Positions 1 to 12,916 of a DNA stretch of 64,000 nt are shown here, piece by piece. The position numbers were made by a program, and so were the translations under genes. Where the stretch lies: assembly GCF_006345805.1 (NCBI RefSeq), contig NC_043002.1, positions 35,650,001 to 35,714,000 on the forward strand, in the 5' to 3' direction. The notes beneath the pieces are model-generated. The model was given only the letters and a program-made list of their open reading frames with translations. It searched no databases and was not told where the DNA came from. How positions within the stretch are numbered: position 1 is the stretch's first letter; every line of letters begins with the position of its first letter. Origin of the DNA: Octopus sinensis. Its lineage: Eukaryota.

Positions 1-154
1 TTTACAAATCAAGGACATTATATAGACCTCCTTGACTCAAGTTAGAGAAGGGGTGTGTATTATACACAAGGTTTAAGTTTTTCAGAGGTACAGCCCCCTA
101 AAAATCCCCTGCGTATTATACTTAGGGGCAGACTATACTCGAGGATTTACGGTA
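1..154. mobile_element. End of a Tc1/pogo-type DNA transposon or MITE
   Basis: Ends in ...tatactcgaggatttacgg followed by TA, a pogo/Tigger-like terminal repeat pattern; the other end lies outside the window. Confidence 0.5.
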
Positions 155-529
155 AACATTATAAAATTAGAGGGGGAGATTGACATGTGGCTTTGGCAAA
201 TGGGATATTTATTGAGAAAGGGGAAGTTTATAAAGACATTGACTGAGTCACATTTAAATAAAATTAAAACTTAGGAACTTAACTGTGAATTCAAGATGCG
301 TTGTTACGTGAATGGAAATTGAGCAAGTGAGGATATTAGTGAAGAAAACTATTCCTTAAATATACGATCGAATAGAGTGCTAAGGGCCCTATCTGAACGG
401 ATGTGTCTCCACATACTTAAACAGATGGGTCGATAAAATAAGTACCAGTCAAGCATTGGGTGGATATAATTGACTTACCCTCTCCCATGAAACTGCTGGC
501 CTTGTGCCAAAATTTGAGATTATTATTAT

Positions 530-937
530 TGTTGTGATACCTGTGCCGGTAGCACATAAAAAGCACCATCCGAACGTGGCCATTGCCAGCGCCGCCTTGA
601 CTGGCTTCTGTGCTGGTGGCACATAAAAAGCACCATCCAAATGTGGCTGATGCCAGCGCCGCCTTGACTGGCTTCCGTGCCGGTGGCACGTTAAAAGCAC
701 CAACCGATCATGGCCGATGCCAGACATCCCTGGCACCTGTGCTGGTGGCACGTAAAAAGCACCCACTACACTCGCGGAGTGGTTGGCGTTAGGAAGGGCA
801 TCCAGCCATAGAAACACTGCCAGATCAGACTGGAGCCTGGTGCAGCCCCTGGCTTCCTAGACCCCGGTTGAACCGTCCAACCCGTGCTAGCGCGGAAAAC
901 GGACGTTAAACGATGATGATGATGATGATGATGATGA
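530..937 (+). mobile_element. RTE-tailed SINE or non-autonomous RTE 3' part with internal ~60 bp repeats
   Basis: Repeated ggcac(a/g)taaaaagcacc units, 3' cggacgttaaac(gat)n tail; same family in reverse at 11780-12100. Confidence 0.7.
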
Positions 938-974
938 TATATATATGCATGTGTGTGTTTGTGTGTCTGTGTTT

Positions 975-1160
975 GTCCCCCTAGCATTGCTTGACAACCA
1001 ATGCTGGTGTGTTTATGTCCCCGTTACTTAGTGGTTCGGCAAAAGAGACCGATAGAATAAGTACTGGGCTTACAAAAGAATAAGTCCCGGGGTCGAGTTG
1101 CTCGATTAAAGGTGGTGCTCCAGCATGGCCGCAGTCAAATGACTGAAACAAGTAAAAGAG
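975..1160 (+). mobile_element. tRNA-derived SINE, 3' half (family A)
   Basis: Matches 12940-13120, 15030-15215, 34300-34480 and 39030-39200 (rc); ends gcagtcaaatgactgaaacaagtaaaag. Confidence 0.8.
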
Positions 1161-1419
1161 ATATATATATATATATGTATATATAAACACACATAATATA
1201 TGTTAAGGTTTGATCTTATGTCAGATTATAACATTAAAGTGAAGAATTACTCAATACCTTTTCATGGAGTACATATGTATTAACTTTTACATAGTTGACA
1301 GTGACTTCAAAGATTTGATTTGTTTGCTGTTATCAGATAGTTTGATGACAATAAGCAAGTTTAAACCTTGAAGCCACTGTCAACCTTTTACTTGTGAAAG
1401 TTAATATATATGGTTAGAA

Positions 1420-1935
1420 ACCGATGAATGGGTTATCAGGTACTGCTACAATTGTTTCATTAAGCATATTGTGATGTAAACATGAAACAGATAGGTACGT
1501 AGTATGCACAACATCAATAAGAATATGTGATACATTTTGCAACTCTCAACTCATCAGGCTTAACAAATACTCAAGCAGCAACATGCTGATAAATCAACAG
1601 TTCACCGACAAGTTAAATTTTGAATCAGAATCACAATATCTAAGAAATCTAAAGTAGGTGTAACTAGTCAATCAAGAGGGTGGATAGAGTAAGTTTGTAA
1701 ATTTTAGAATAGTTAATAGGCATATTTAATTTAAAGATTTCATCAAACTTAGTAATATCACTCATAAAAACTGATACTGCCAAAACAGGCTTCAAGCATG
1801 ATATTTGACTCTATCAAAGCATTTGGAAATCAGTTGCCAACGTTGTCCCCAAAAGAACAAAACAAAAGCCATTTACTCTATTACATTGTTTAGTACATCA
1901 AAGGAGTGATATGGTTAATACATGCAAGCAATACT
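1420..1935 (-). mobile_element. Old repeat copy, paralogue of 3530-4520, with hammerhead-like relic (possibly PLE-derived)
   Basis: Shared blocks with the inverted copy: cactcc(t/a)ttgatgtactaaacaat, ctatccaccct, tttcttagata, gcctgatgag, aatgaaacaattgtagca. Confidence 0.6.
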
Positions 1936-2359
1936 TAAGGGTAAAATGCCTACATTCTATCTGTGGAACTTTCTTATACTTTAAGCTGATTCTATAAAGT
2001 CTTCTTTGAGTGATAGATAATGTATCTATAACCCTACAATATACAACTTAATTCCTAGTAATAAGATTCAGGGATTGTATTTAGATAACCTAATATATCC
2101 TAATACAGTTAATACTAATGTAAAAGGTCACTAGTTGCTTCTTTGCACTTTTGGGGTGCAACTTGGGTGCAACTCAATTTCCTTTCCTTTTGTTTCCAGA
2201 TTCTACCAGTCAGAAACAACAAGACGCAAACGTAAAAAATATATATACTCTTTATTGTCTTATCCAACATGAAATAAGTGGTGTATCTGGTATCCCTTGG
2301 TTCTGGGCGTGCAAGGCTGAACTTTAACACTGTAGATTTTACAATGTTCAACTGCAAAC

Positions 2360-2620
2360 AGAACTGGTCAAAATGGCGTCAGGAGAGAGCGAAGATAATA
2401 CGCGTCTGCTTCTATGAAAGGCTTTCTGCTGTCTCGTGACTGCTACTGGACGCTGGTGGTCAACGTTTTACGCTCCCTTGCCTCTTTGTTAAGGCTCGCG
2501 CTCCCTTCGCCTAATAAGCTAAACGCCACGTCAGCAAACTCCCTCTTCCGGTCTTCGCGTATGCGCGAGAGGGCATTGCGCGCGCGCGTGCTGTTGGATA
2601 GCGTCACTACACTAATAACT
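2360..2620. promoter_or_regulatory. CpG-island-like housekeeping promoter, possibly bidirectional
   Basis: Sharp local CpG enrichment in CpG-poor flanks. YY1-like caaaatggcg (2369-2378), CRE/G-box-like ccacgtca (2526-2533), ETS-like cttccgg (2545-2551), NRF1-like gcgtatgcgc (2557-2566). Confidence 0.65.
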
Positions 2621-3529
2621 AATTACATTTAAGTTCTTTTTGTATCCCATTAATTCTAACATTGTCTAGTGATGATTATTGTTTTATATAATTTACAATT
2701 TAATAATTTTAATCAATTTGCTTCATCTATATTTGCTTCCTGGTTGTGGCCTTTACAGTTCTTTATAACCCTTGTAAAATCTTTTAACATTTATGGGTTT
2801 TATAATTCTTTATAATTCTTATAAATTCTTTTAATCCTTTTTTAACACTACCCATAATTTTAAATTATCATTATTAGTGATCTGACCTGTCCAATTAACC
2901 TATATGATTTTAATTAATTTGCTTTATTCTGAATAATAATGTTACAATATTGGATAATAAAAACGTTGGGATTCATGGTTTTCTGTCTTATTTTTAATGT
3001 GACTATCAGTTCATTTAATTCTAGCCCTTTGACACATAATTTGATAACATTGACGTAACTGGTTTCTCTAAATTTCAGTATTTAATTAACATAAATTTAT
3101 GCCCTTGATATCTTTTAATGTTGACACTAAATATTGTTTAAACTACTTTCATGTTTATTTATGTCAATGTTGTCTTACCATCAACAGTGTTGTCTGCTTT
3201 CTCTATTAGATTTATCCTATTATTATTCTCTTTAAATATTTATTGGTTAAGATTGTTGAATTGCTGACACCATGATTATTGCGATCTTTATATATTATTT
3301 TCTTTTTTCTTTTTCTTTCCTCACTTTCATTTTCCCCACATCTTCTCCTCTGAAATTTCCCTGAGATCTTTGTCATTCTCTGTTTTCCCCATAAACTGTC
3401 CTCCCTGAATAATAAGTAGTTGGATCTCCCTCAATTAATGGTAATGTTCTAGTAGTTCTGCAATAATTAATTGGTGCACTCTAATCAATAGGAATTAAGT
3501 AAACGAATAAGTAATACTTGAATTTATTT

Positions 3530-4520
3530 AATCATAGCACTCCATTGATGTACTAAACAATATAACACAGTAAATAGTCATTTTTGAGGAAAAAAATGAT
3601 TTAATAGGGTCAAGTGTCATGTTTAGCACCTGCTATCTGCCGATATACCAAGCCTATTCTGCTATCCACCCTTTCATTGATTAATTACAGTTCTGCTCAC
3701 TTTACATTTCTTAGATACTGGTGATTTTTTATTCGAAATTTCACTTGTTGATAGACCATTGATTAATTAGCAAGTCACTATTTACTTGTATTTGGTTGTC
3801 CGGAAAGTTCATGCTGATTTATAGTAGCTTACCTTTTGACTTATTTTAGAACATACATAGTTGAGTCCATACAAAAGGATTTGACTACACCTCCATTTAG
3901 AGCATAGTTTAAGCTATCTTTTCGTGGAAGAAGATTTATGTGCCTATAACTTCTGTTAATTCTGTAACCCTTTAAAATGGAAGATAAGAAAGTTCATTTT
4001 CGGCACTTGATGCTTTGGGAACCAGACAAAAATTGCTGCAGCTTGGCTGGGATGTGTTACCCCAACCTCCATATTCACCAGATATTGCTCCTTCGGATTT
4101 CCACTTATTCAGGTCTCTGCAGAATAGTCTTAATGGTAAAAATTTCAATTCCTCGGATGACGTAAAAAGATACCTTGATGAATTCTTTGCCATGAAACCA
4201 TCTCAATTCTGGGAAGAGAGTATTTTCAAGTTAAAGGAAAGATAGAGACACATAGTGCAACAAAATGGCTCATATTTGGTTGATTAAAAATATAATGGCA
4301 AGTATTTTTTGACCTTTTCCTTTCCTTTAAAAACGGCACGAACATTCCGGACAACCCAATATATTTGGTAAGCCTGATGAGTCAAGAGTTGCACAACATA
4401 TTTCATAATGTTATGGATGTTGTGCATACTACACACCTGACTGTAACATGCTTACATCACAATAAAGATTCATAATGAAACAATTGTAGCAATATCAGAA
4501 TAATCCATTCACCTGTTTTT
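3530..4520 (+). mobile_element. Old repeat copy (paralogue of 1420-1935) interrupted by a mariner
   Basis: Colinear similarity to rc of 1420-1935 on both sides of the mariner insertion. Confidence 0.6.
3791..4359 (+). mobile_element. Internally deleted mariner (DD34D) transposon
   Basis: TIRs tt(t/g)ggttgtccggaa(a/t)gttc at both ends with TA flanks. N-terminus MEDKKVHFRHLML joined to C-terminus with PYSPDIAPSDFHLFRSLQN motif. Confidence 0.9.
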
Positions 4521-4744
4521 ATTATGCTTTTACACTACACTTAAGGTTCTATTCATCTTTGACATTATTGGAATTCCAGATTACCAAACACAACAGTGAA
4601 CTTCCCTTCATCAATGCATACCATGAATTACTTAACTGTCCTATTTGTATCATTCTGACTTGTAATCAACTGTGGCCTGTTTCACTTTGATATGCCTAGA
4701 TCCTTAATGGATCCTCTTTAATCAATCTCTCTCCCTCTCTTTAC

Positions 4745-4880
4745 ATATAGATAGGCTCAGGCATGGCTGTGTTGATAAGAAAAGTTTGCTTTCCAACCAT
4801 ATAGTTTTGGCTTCAGTTCCATTGTATGGCACTTTGGGCAAGTGTCTTCTATGAGTGGATTTGGCTGTTTTTTCTAACCT
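4745..4880 (+). mobile_element. Degenerate tRNA-derived SINE head (family A)
   Basis: Similar to 12655-12810; tttgggcaagtgtcttc CORE-like segment; CpG-decayed. Confidence 0.6.
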
Positions 4881-7137
4881 ATCTCTCCATCTCCTTATTC
4901 TGTGACCCAACCCACACCACCTTGTCATTCCTCTCCCTTTTCCCACTTTCCCTGTCTACTGTATCATTTCTATCTTGCTACTGTTCCTCCACTCTCTCTC
5001 TCTCTCGCTCTCCACACACACATACACATACATACATGCACACACATATGTGTGTGCTTATGATTTAGGTGACTAAATATCTAAGCATGAATGTGTATGT
5101 GTGTTTGAAGGTGTGCATGCAAAAATTGATATGTAGTCAGATGAAAGTGCAGCTGTGTGTATGCACTTGAGCATATAAAGGTGTATGTATGTATGTCTTT
5201 GTTTGTTAGTAAGTATGTGTGTGCTTTGAATGTATATGCAGTTAAGCATATATGTTTGTGTTGGGAAGTTTATGTGATTTGTCATGTGTGTGTGAGTTTT
5301 AGATGTATGTGTGCATGCATGTGGGTTTAAAGGTGAGTGTGAATAAGCATGTTTGTGTGTTTGGAGATATGTGCGGGTAAGCATGTGTGCATGAATTAGT
5401 TTAGAGATACACATACAAAAATTCATGCAATAACAAACTTGTATATATGCACATGGAGGAATGTATATGGATGTGCACATGTGCACATACAAGTGTGTAT
5501 GTGTGCATGCTTTGAGGTGTAAGTTAGCATGCAATGTGCATGTGTGTATATGGTGTATGTGTCTGTCTGTATGTGTGCATACATGTGTGAGTATGTGTGT
5601 GCATTTAGTATGTACATGCAAAACTTGACACTTAAGTGCAATAATCAAAGTGCATATATTCACATGAAAGCTTTCCTATGTGCAGCTGCTAAAAAAAAAC
5701 AAGGCCCATAAATAGAATGCAAAAAACCTGTTTGTAGTTAACCCAATCAAAGAGGTGAAATGTGAATGCATGGAGTGGACTGCAGGTACAAAAAAAGAGG
5801 AAATAATTAGAGGGCTGAAAAGTTTTTGTAAAGCAACAAAAGTAACAAAATTTGTTCAGTGAGTTCATAGGAATGTTTTAATTTTAGAGATGTGTGCGAA
5901 GATTAAATTTATCAAACACTTAATTATTCTAAATTATATGATGCTGATTAAAACAGAACCTCCCACTTTTCTCATCTACTCAGACGCCCCCAACCCCAAC
6001 ACAACTTGCTTCTTTCAGTTTCTACTGATCAAATCCACTCACAAGGCTTTGATTAGCCCTGGGATATAGTAGAAGACACTTACCCAAGGTGCTGTGCAGT
6101 GAGACTGAACCCATGAACACTTGGTAGGGAAGCTTTGAAATACATATTAATTCACCCCAGACATGATAAAAACATGGTGTACCAGACATGAAAATGTTGG
6201 TAGTAGAGGAGGCTGGTATATATAATATATCTACATTTGGATCTGTCCCATTATTGCCCCATTAAACCTCCATTTTCTGTTCTCTCCTTTTCGATAATCT
6301 CTCATCTCTGTCACCCTCTCTCATATTCATGATTGCATACTGTCTGTTTATATTCTGTCCCATCTCCCACCACTCCATCACACTACTTCTCTTTCCTATC
6401 ATGACTTCAGGTTAATGAGGGATTGTACTGGATCTGTTTGCATTTGAAAGCGTCACCTCCAGTGGTATAGTTACAGTGTATACCACCTGGGGCAGTGTTT
6501 GAGTTTGCCACCTTCACCCATGCCCCTCATCTCCTGTACAAGCTTATACAACAGATCCAAAAGTGTTGCATGCTTAAAAGCATCATGTGGGACAGGACAG
6601 ACCACTCCATTGCACCTCCCAGCTATGTTACTCCTCTCCCCTAGAGTATCTTCCAGTCTTTCTTACTATTGCTTATTTTTATTACTATCTGTCACACTCT
6701 CACTAGCTAGCATTAGCTACCATCACTGTCTCTCTTCCATTACTCCACCTTCTACCACGCTCTCGTCCTAATCATTCTACTTTCATTTTCATGTTGCTAT
6801 GAAATTACATGGTTAAGTAGTTTGTTTCAGTATAACACAGGTTTAGGTTCTATCCCACAGTATGGTTCCTTTGGCTGTTGTGCATGTGTATGGACACAAA
6901 TGCACATATCTATGTATAGATTTCAGTAATTTGATAATTCTGTAAAATGTTGTGCATGACAGTGAAACATGGAAAATAACAACAAATGTGACCAAGAAAC
7001 TGGACTCTTTCCACCAACAATGCCAATGGAAAATCCTTCAAGTCACTTGGTGCGACAAAGTCCTAAAGTAAGAAATTCTTCTTTGGAATATATTTCAGTA
7101 GTCGCAAGATAACGTTGTGCTGTGTCCAAACATCTGG

Positions 7138-7375
7138 GTGGAGGCGTGTGGCTTAGTGTATTAGACTCATGATCGTAAGATTGTAGTTTCAATTCCTGGA
7201 CTGGGCGACGTGCTGTGTTCTTGCGCAAAACACTTCATTTTACATTACTCCAGTCCACTCAGCAGGCAAAAATGAGTAACCCTGTGATGGACTGATGTCC
7301 CATCCACGTGGGGAATTTATAAGCCATAGAAATTGGAAAACTGGCCCTTATGAGTCGGCATAACTCAAGAAGGTA
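7138..7375 (+). mobile_element. tRNA-derived SINE (family E)
   Basis: A/B-box-like head tggcttagtg...gtttcaattcc; related copies at 8195-8400 and 57925-58150. Confidence 0.75.
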
Positions 7376-8194
7376 ACTTTACCTTTTTTTACAAACCTAA
7401 AACAATGGATTGATTTTTCCACGACCACCGAAGGTCTTTGGAGGTCAGGTGTTTCTTATTAATCTTTTAACATAAAGATAGAATACAAAAGATCAGGCAT
7501 TAGTCTGACAAGCAGCAAGTGTGTGTATTCAGTTTCGAATCTTAAGCTGAACAGGAAAACAATCTCCTACACACACACACATGCATGCATGGAGATATAG
7601 ACATAAAGCAAGAAACTTGATCTGTAACTATGTATATAACCTGAATAATTACATCATGACAGAATCATGACAGCCCTTAAAAAAAACATATATCGTTATA
7701 TTCATTTTTCGTTTTATTGTTACAGTATTCTATATAATCAATTGTCAAAAATATAAACGTGTATCTACAACCTGTTCTGTGGTTTTTCGCTGCTATTGCA
7801 ATGAAAAGAATGTCAGTGACTGGGCCACTAATGTACGATGAATGACTTTAACACTATATAATACGTAGTACAATTACAACATAAATCAACACAGCGTATT
7901 TCGAATGGTTATCATCAGATTTGCAAGATGTAGTTGTTATAATTGTCAGATACGTCATTGATCTCTCAGTTGGGTGTGAGATATGTCATCGACCTCTCAG
8001 CTAGTAATTAACTGGATTAAATCAAATCCAAACATAAAGGGCTTTAGACCATCAGAAACAACATACCTCGTAAAATTTATAGCAATAGAAAAACATTCAT
8101 TATGGAGGAATTAAAGACAGCAGAAATAGCATACATGGATAAGTTAAGACAAACATATAGAGCATATTTGGGGGAATTTAGACCAGGATAGTGA

Positions 8195-8400
8195 AGGTAT
8201 GTGGCCTAATGGTTAGGGTGTTGCACTCACGATCACAAGATCGTGGTTTCTATTCCTAGACAGGGCGGTCTGTTGTGCTCTTGAGCAAAATACTTTGTTT
8301 CAAGCTGTTCCAGTCCACTGAGTAATCCTGCGATGGACTGACATCTCGTTCAGAGAAAATGCTGTGATCTCGGCTACTTATACGCTATGGAAACTGGGTA
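8195..8400 (+). mobile_element. tRNA-derived SINE (family E)
   Basis: gtggcctaatggttagggtgttgcactcacgatcacaagatcgtggtttctattcc head. Confidence 0.75.
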
Positions 8401-8413
8401 ATTGTCCTTTTGA

Positions 8414-8708
8414 CTTGTAGCGTAGCTCGGTGATATCCTCACTGTTTGAGAGATCATAGAAATAATGTCGTAGCAGATACCAGTTAACTTTTGGCCGCTA
8501 TTTGGACCCTGTTGTGTCCATTAATCTGATTGGTTGGTTTACACATTGGCGCGAAATAAAACAAGAGACAAATTGCGCCAATACCAACCAATCAGATTAG
8601 TGGACACAACAGGGTTCAAATAGCGGCCAAAGGTTAACTGTTATCTGCTACGACATTATTTCTATGATCTCTCTCAAACAGTGAGAATATCACTGAGCTA
8701 CGCGACAG
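8414..8708. mobile_element. Foldback MITE-like palindrome
   Basis: ~120 bp near-perfect inverted arms (cgtagctcggtgatatcctcactgtttgagag... / ...ctctcaaacagtgagaatatcactgagctacg). Confidence 0.8.
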
Positions 8709-9615
8709 ACTCCTAGGATTCGAAACGGTATGGCCTTATGATGATGACAATGACAAAAAGCAAACAAGAATGAATTAAGACCAACACAAACAGCATTTAT
8801 AGAAGAATTTAGACCAACAAAAATTGAATAAATGGACAATTTAGATCAACATAAAAAGCGTATATGCATGAATTAAAGCCAACAGAAATTACATTCATGG
8901 ACGAATTAAAACGAACTTAAGTAGCATTTTCGACCAACAGAAATAGAATAAAAGGTAGAATTGAGATTAAGAGGAATTAAGGCAGACATAAGTAGTATAA
9001 ATAGGGGAATAAAGGATACGATGATTTAAATTCACCAGAAATTCCTGACAAGAAGGAATTTATGCTAAAGAGAAATATTAAAATAGGCGAATCTATGTCA
9101 TTACCACAATATGGCTTCTCTATTGTCATTCAGTGTTGAAAAAACAATGTTGCAAGGAAGCTTGGATGGTCGGAATACATGGAAATATGGAAATAGAGGG
9201 AGAGAGAAAGTGAGGGAGGGAGAGAAAGAAAGAGAAAAGGGAGGAAACGAAAGTTGGATTGAAGAAACTAGACGGTAAGAAAGAGATGGTAAGAGAACAG
9301 GAGAGAAATGGTAGTGAAGGTGGTGTGGAGCTGAAGGTTTTGTTGAGATCTTAAGGAGAAAGATATATAAAGAGAGATGGGAGGAGAATGATAGACACAT
9401 GGAAGACAGAAGATTATTAGCAAATATGTGCGTTATAATAATTTATATATACACACACACATCACACACATAGATAATTACACACACACACACGAACACA
9501 TATAAAATATATACATACCTATATATATAATATATATACATGTATATTTACATATATATATACTCACATATGTACTTAAATATATATACACATATATATA
9601 CTCACATATGTACAT

Positions 9616-9663
<48 letters not shown>

Positions 9664-10110
9664 GTGTGTGTGTGTGTACGTATGTAAGTATATGTACATA
9701 AATACATAGATACACACACATACATATGGTAAAGTAAATAGTGTTATGAAATGAATACACCCCTCGCCAGTAAATCCTTGGTAGCTCAGATTGAAAGGCA
9801 GCTATATAGGAATATTAAGAACTCTATAGTTGAAACGAATGAAAAGAAAAATAGAAAATTTAATTAAGTAAATGCATATAAATTATAAGATTGCATAAAA
9901 TATTTCTTTCTTTTCACTTCACTGATGAAAAAATAAGTAAAATGAACTCGTGGCAAGATGATTCGTTTCCTTGCAATAGAAGTGAGCAACCAATAGACCG
10001 AAATCTTTATACATACATACACACACGTATATGTGTGTGTGTGTGTACATACATGTATGTATAGATACATACATATATACATATAGGTATATATGTACAC
10101 ACACACACAT

Positions 10111-10141
<31 letters not shown>

Positions 10142-10142
<1 letters not shown>

Positions 10143-11560
10143 CATCGCAGTATCACTTTATCGACTATGCCATCAGATGCTGTTACATACCGCTGGTCAC
10201 AATATGCTTCCTATTTTGTCTTGATTGCGCCATTCTTTTCCAGCTTTACCCAAATTGCTTGACCAGATCGCCTTACCACCGACGTGGAGACGTTCCAGTT
10301 GGTCTTTTCCAATCTCTTGTATACCACTTGGCAACTGCACGGGTCCACATGTCTAGCCCAGCGGAACTTGTGCTTTTGGTACTCTACGATCACATCGTCC
10401 ATTCCACTCCTTTCTCGAATTATCTTATTTTGAATGTGCCCTCTTAGTGATATTCCAAGCATGGATCTTTCTGTAGCCCCTTGCCTCCTAACCAATCGAT
10501 GTTTTATCCTCTTTGTAGTAAGTCCTCGTCTCACTTGTGTATAAGAACGCAGGCAGGTCGGTACTATTGAAGCGTTTGGCACGTATCTAGTTTTGTTTGG
10601 AGTACGTTCTTTATTGAGTTAAATGCATTTCGTCCTGTCCGTGTTCTCTTTGAAATTTCAGCATCCATATTGTTTCCATGAGATTCATTTTAAAACCTGC
10701 TGGTATGATCTGAGTGTTCAGCTCTGTTAGCATGACCTGCAGTTGGTCTGTAGTTTCAACGATGAGTACAATGTCAACTGCGAACCAGAGGTGTATTAGT
10801 CGCAAGCCATTGATGGTCATGCCACTTGTTCAGTCGATGTCCTTGATGACCATTTCTAGATATGCGGTAAAGAGCTTTGGAGAGATGATATCTCCTTGTT
10901 TGATAGCTTTCTCAAATGGGACCCTTACTGGTGGGGATAGCAGAACTATATCTGTTGTGCATCCAGAGTTCGCATATCTGAGTGGTTTGGTGTATTGCGC
11001 TTCGGTACCTTGTATTTTCAGAGATTTCAACACTGTGTTCACCTCGACACTATCAAAGGCCTTTTAGTAATCAACAAAAGCGACACATAGAGGAAGCTTG
11101 AATTCGTTCGCTCATTCTATGACCTGTGTTAGAGTGAATACGTGTTCTATCGTTAGAGTGAATACGTGTTCTAATGGAAACCTGCTTACTTTCTCGGCTG
11201 TTGGTCGTCGAGGTGTTTTGATAGTCTGGTGACTATGACCTTTGTAAACAGCTTATAGAGGTGAAGTATGAGACATGTGGGGTGATATAGTTTTTTTTAA
11301 AAAATCTTCTTTATTACCCTTCTTATGAAGCAGGACGGTATTTAACTCTTTCCTGGGTGGGCAGACCATTTAATATTTCTTCAGTTTAGCTAGCTCCCAA
11401 TTGGTAGCGGATGGACTACGTTCTCGCTTCCGCAAGGTAGTCCTTCCGTGGGGTCAGTCGTCCGGTACCGTTGTAGCTTGGTTGGATCTGTATGGGTATA
11501 CATCCCGCTAGCATAGCTACTGGACAACCACTGCCACTGCTGCGTCACTATGAGGTATTG
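10142..11560 (-). mobile_element. RTE-clade LINE, frameshifted RT and C-terminal fragment
   Basis: Translated fragments VPFEKAIKQGDIISPKLF, HLWFAVDIVLI, KFRWARHV, and sequence encoding an FVDY.KAFDSV-like motif near 11050-11090. Confidence 0.9.
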
Positions 11561-11582
11561 AAGTAGGATTTCTCACCACACA

Positions 11583-11623
<41 letters not shown>

Positions 11624-11779
11624 GAGTATTTCATGTTACGTTAAGAAGCGGTGCACAGTGCCAGAATTTTCAACTCGTGTCAAATATAACAGATCACTCC
11701 AAATCGTTGTTAGGGTATCGGCATAAGTGGACTTAAGACAGGTGAGTTTGTATTGGCATCAAGTCGTATTAGTTGCAAC

Positions 11780-12110
11780 CATCATCATCATCATCATCAT
11801 CGTTTAACGTCCGCTTTCCATGCTGGCATGGGTTGGACAGTTTGACTGAGGGCTGGCGAGACAGGAGGCTGCACCAGTTTCCAATCTGATCTGGCAAAGT
11901 TTCTATAGCTGGATGCCCTTCCTAACGCCAACTACTCCGAGAGTGTAGTGGGTGCTTTTACGTGCGACCGGCACGAGATCCACTCAGGCAGTACTGGCAT
12001 CAGCCATGCTCAAATGGTACTTTTTACATGCCACATGCACAGGAGCCGGCCCGGCGGCACTGGCAACGATCACGCTCGAATGGTGCCATTTTACGTGCCA
12101 TGTTTTTCTC
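11780..12110 (-). mobile_element. RTE-tailed SINE or non-autonomous RTE 3' part
   Basis: (cat)n cgtttaacgtccgctttccatgc start; reverse copy of the 530-937 family. Confidence 0.75.
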
Positions 12111-12599
12111 GGAAGAAGGATTCTGCATATCCGCATTAAAAAACGCGTACGTGCATTTGGCAAACTGCGTGTCCGACCTAAGATCCAGTACATTTATGAT
12201 TAAGTCTTGCACCACGTAATCTTGTTGACACATGTTCGCATTGGCTTTTGTTTTCATACATTCATTTCCAACTTACACTGCAGTAATTTTCAAAAACCTT
12301 CACCCCCCACACTCTCACACGTATGTTTGTGTGTGTGTGTGTGTGTGGTGTGTGTGTGTGTGTGTATATATTCAAATATGAATTAAAAACCAGCTCGAGG
12401 GATACAAACTATATCGAACACACATATACAAAGTCTGTGTTTTTCTAAAGGGACCTGATGTGAGTTATCTCGCTTGTCTGTGACTTCCAGGTGTTTTAAC
12501 TCCAGGCGAATTCATGAAAATATATTCTCTTACACCTATAAGCGCAGCCTATCCACGAGCTAGTGAAACACATACTTTGTGTATATGTGTTCGATATTG

Positions 12600-12654
<55 letters not shown>

Positions 12655-12821
12655 TGGCTGTGTGGTAAGTAGCTTGCTTACCAACCACATGGTTCCGGTT
12701 TCAGTCCCACTGCGTGGCATGCATCTTGGGCAAGTGTCTTCTGCTATAGACCCGGGCCGACCAATGACTTGTCAGTGGATTTGGTAGACGGAAACTGAAA
12801 GAAGCCTGTCGTATATATGTA

Positions 12822-12916
<95 letters not shown>

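Larger units (their letters stand above)
8040..9030 (+). repeat. Degenerate 33-bp minisatellite interrupted by a SINE and a foldback MITE
   Basis: gaatt(a/t)a(g/a)acc-like units start at 8108, 8141, 8174 and 8772, 8805, 8838, 8870, 8903. Confidence 0.7.

Noticed and set aside
2115-2632. Short ORFs on both strands at the CpG island
   Set aside because: No recognisable domain; typical incidental ORFs of GC-rich promoter DNA
5073-5663. 196-aa His/Thr/Cys-rich ORF and the many similar H/T/Y/I/V/C-rich ORFs across the window
   Set aside because: Translations of (CA)n, (TA)n and (TACA)n microsatellites
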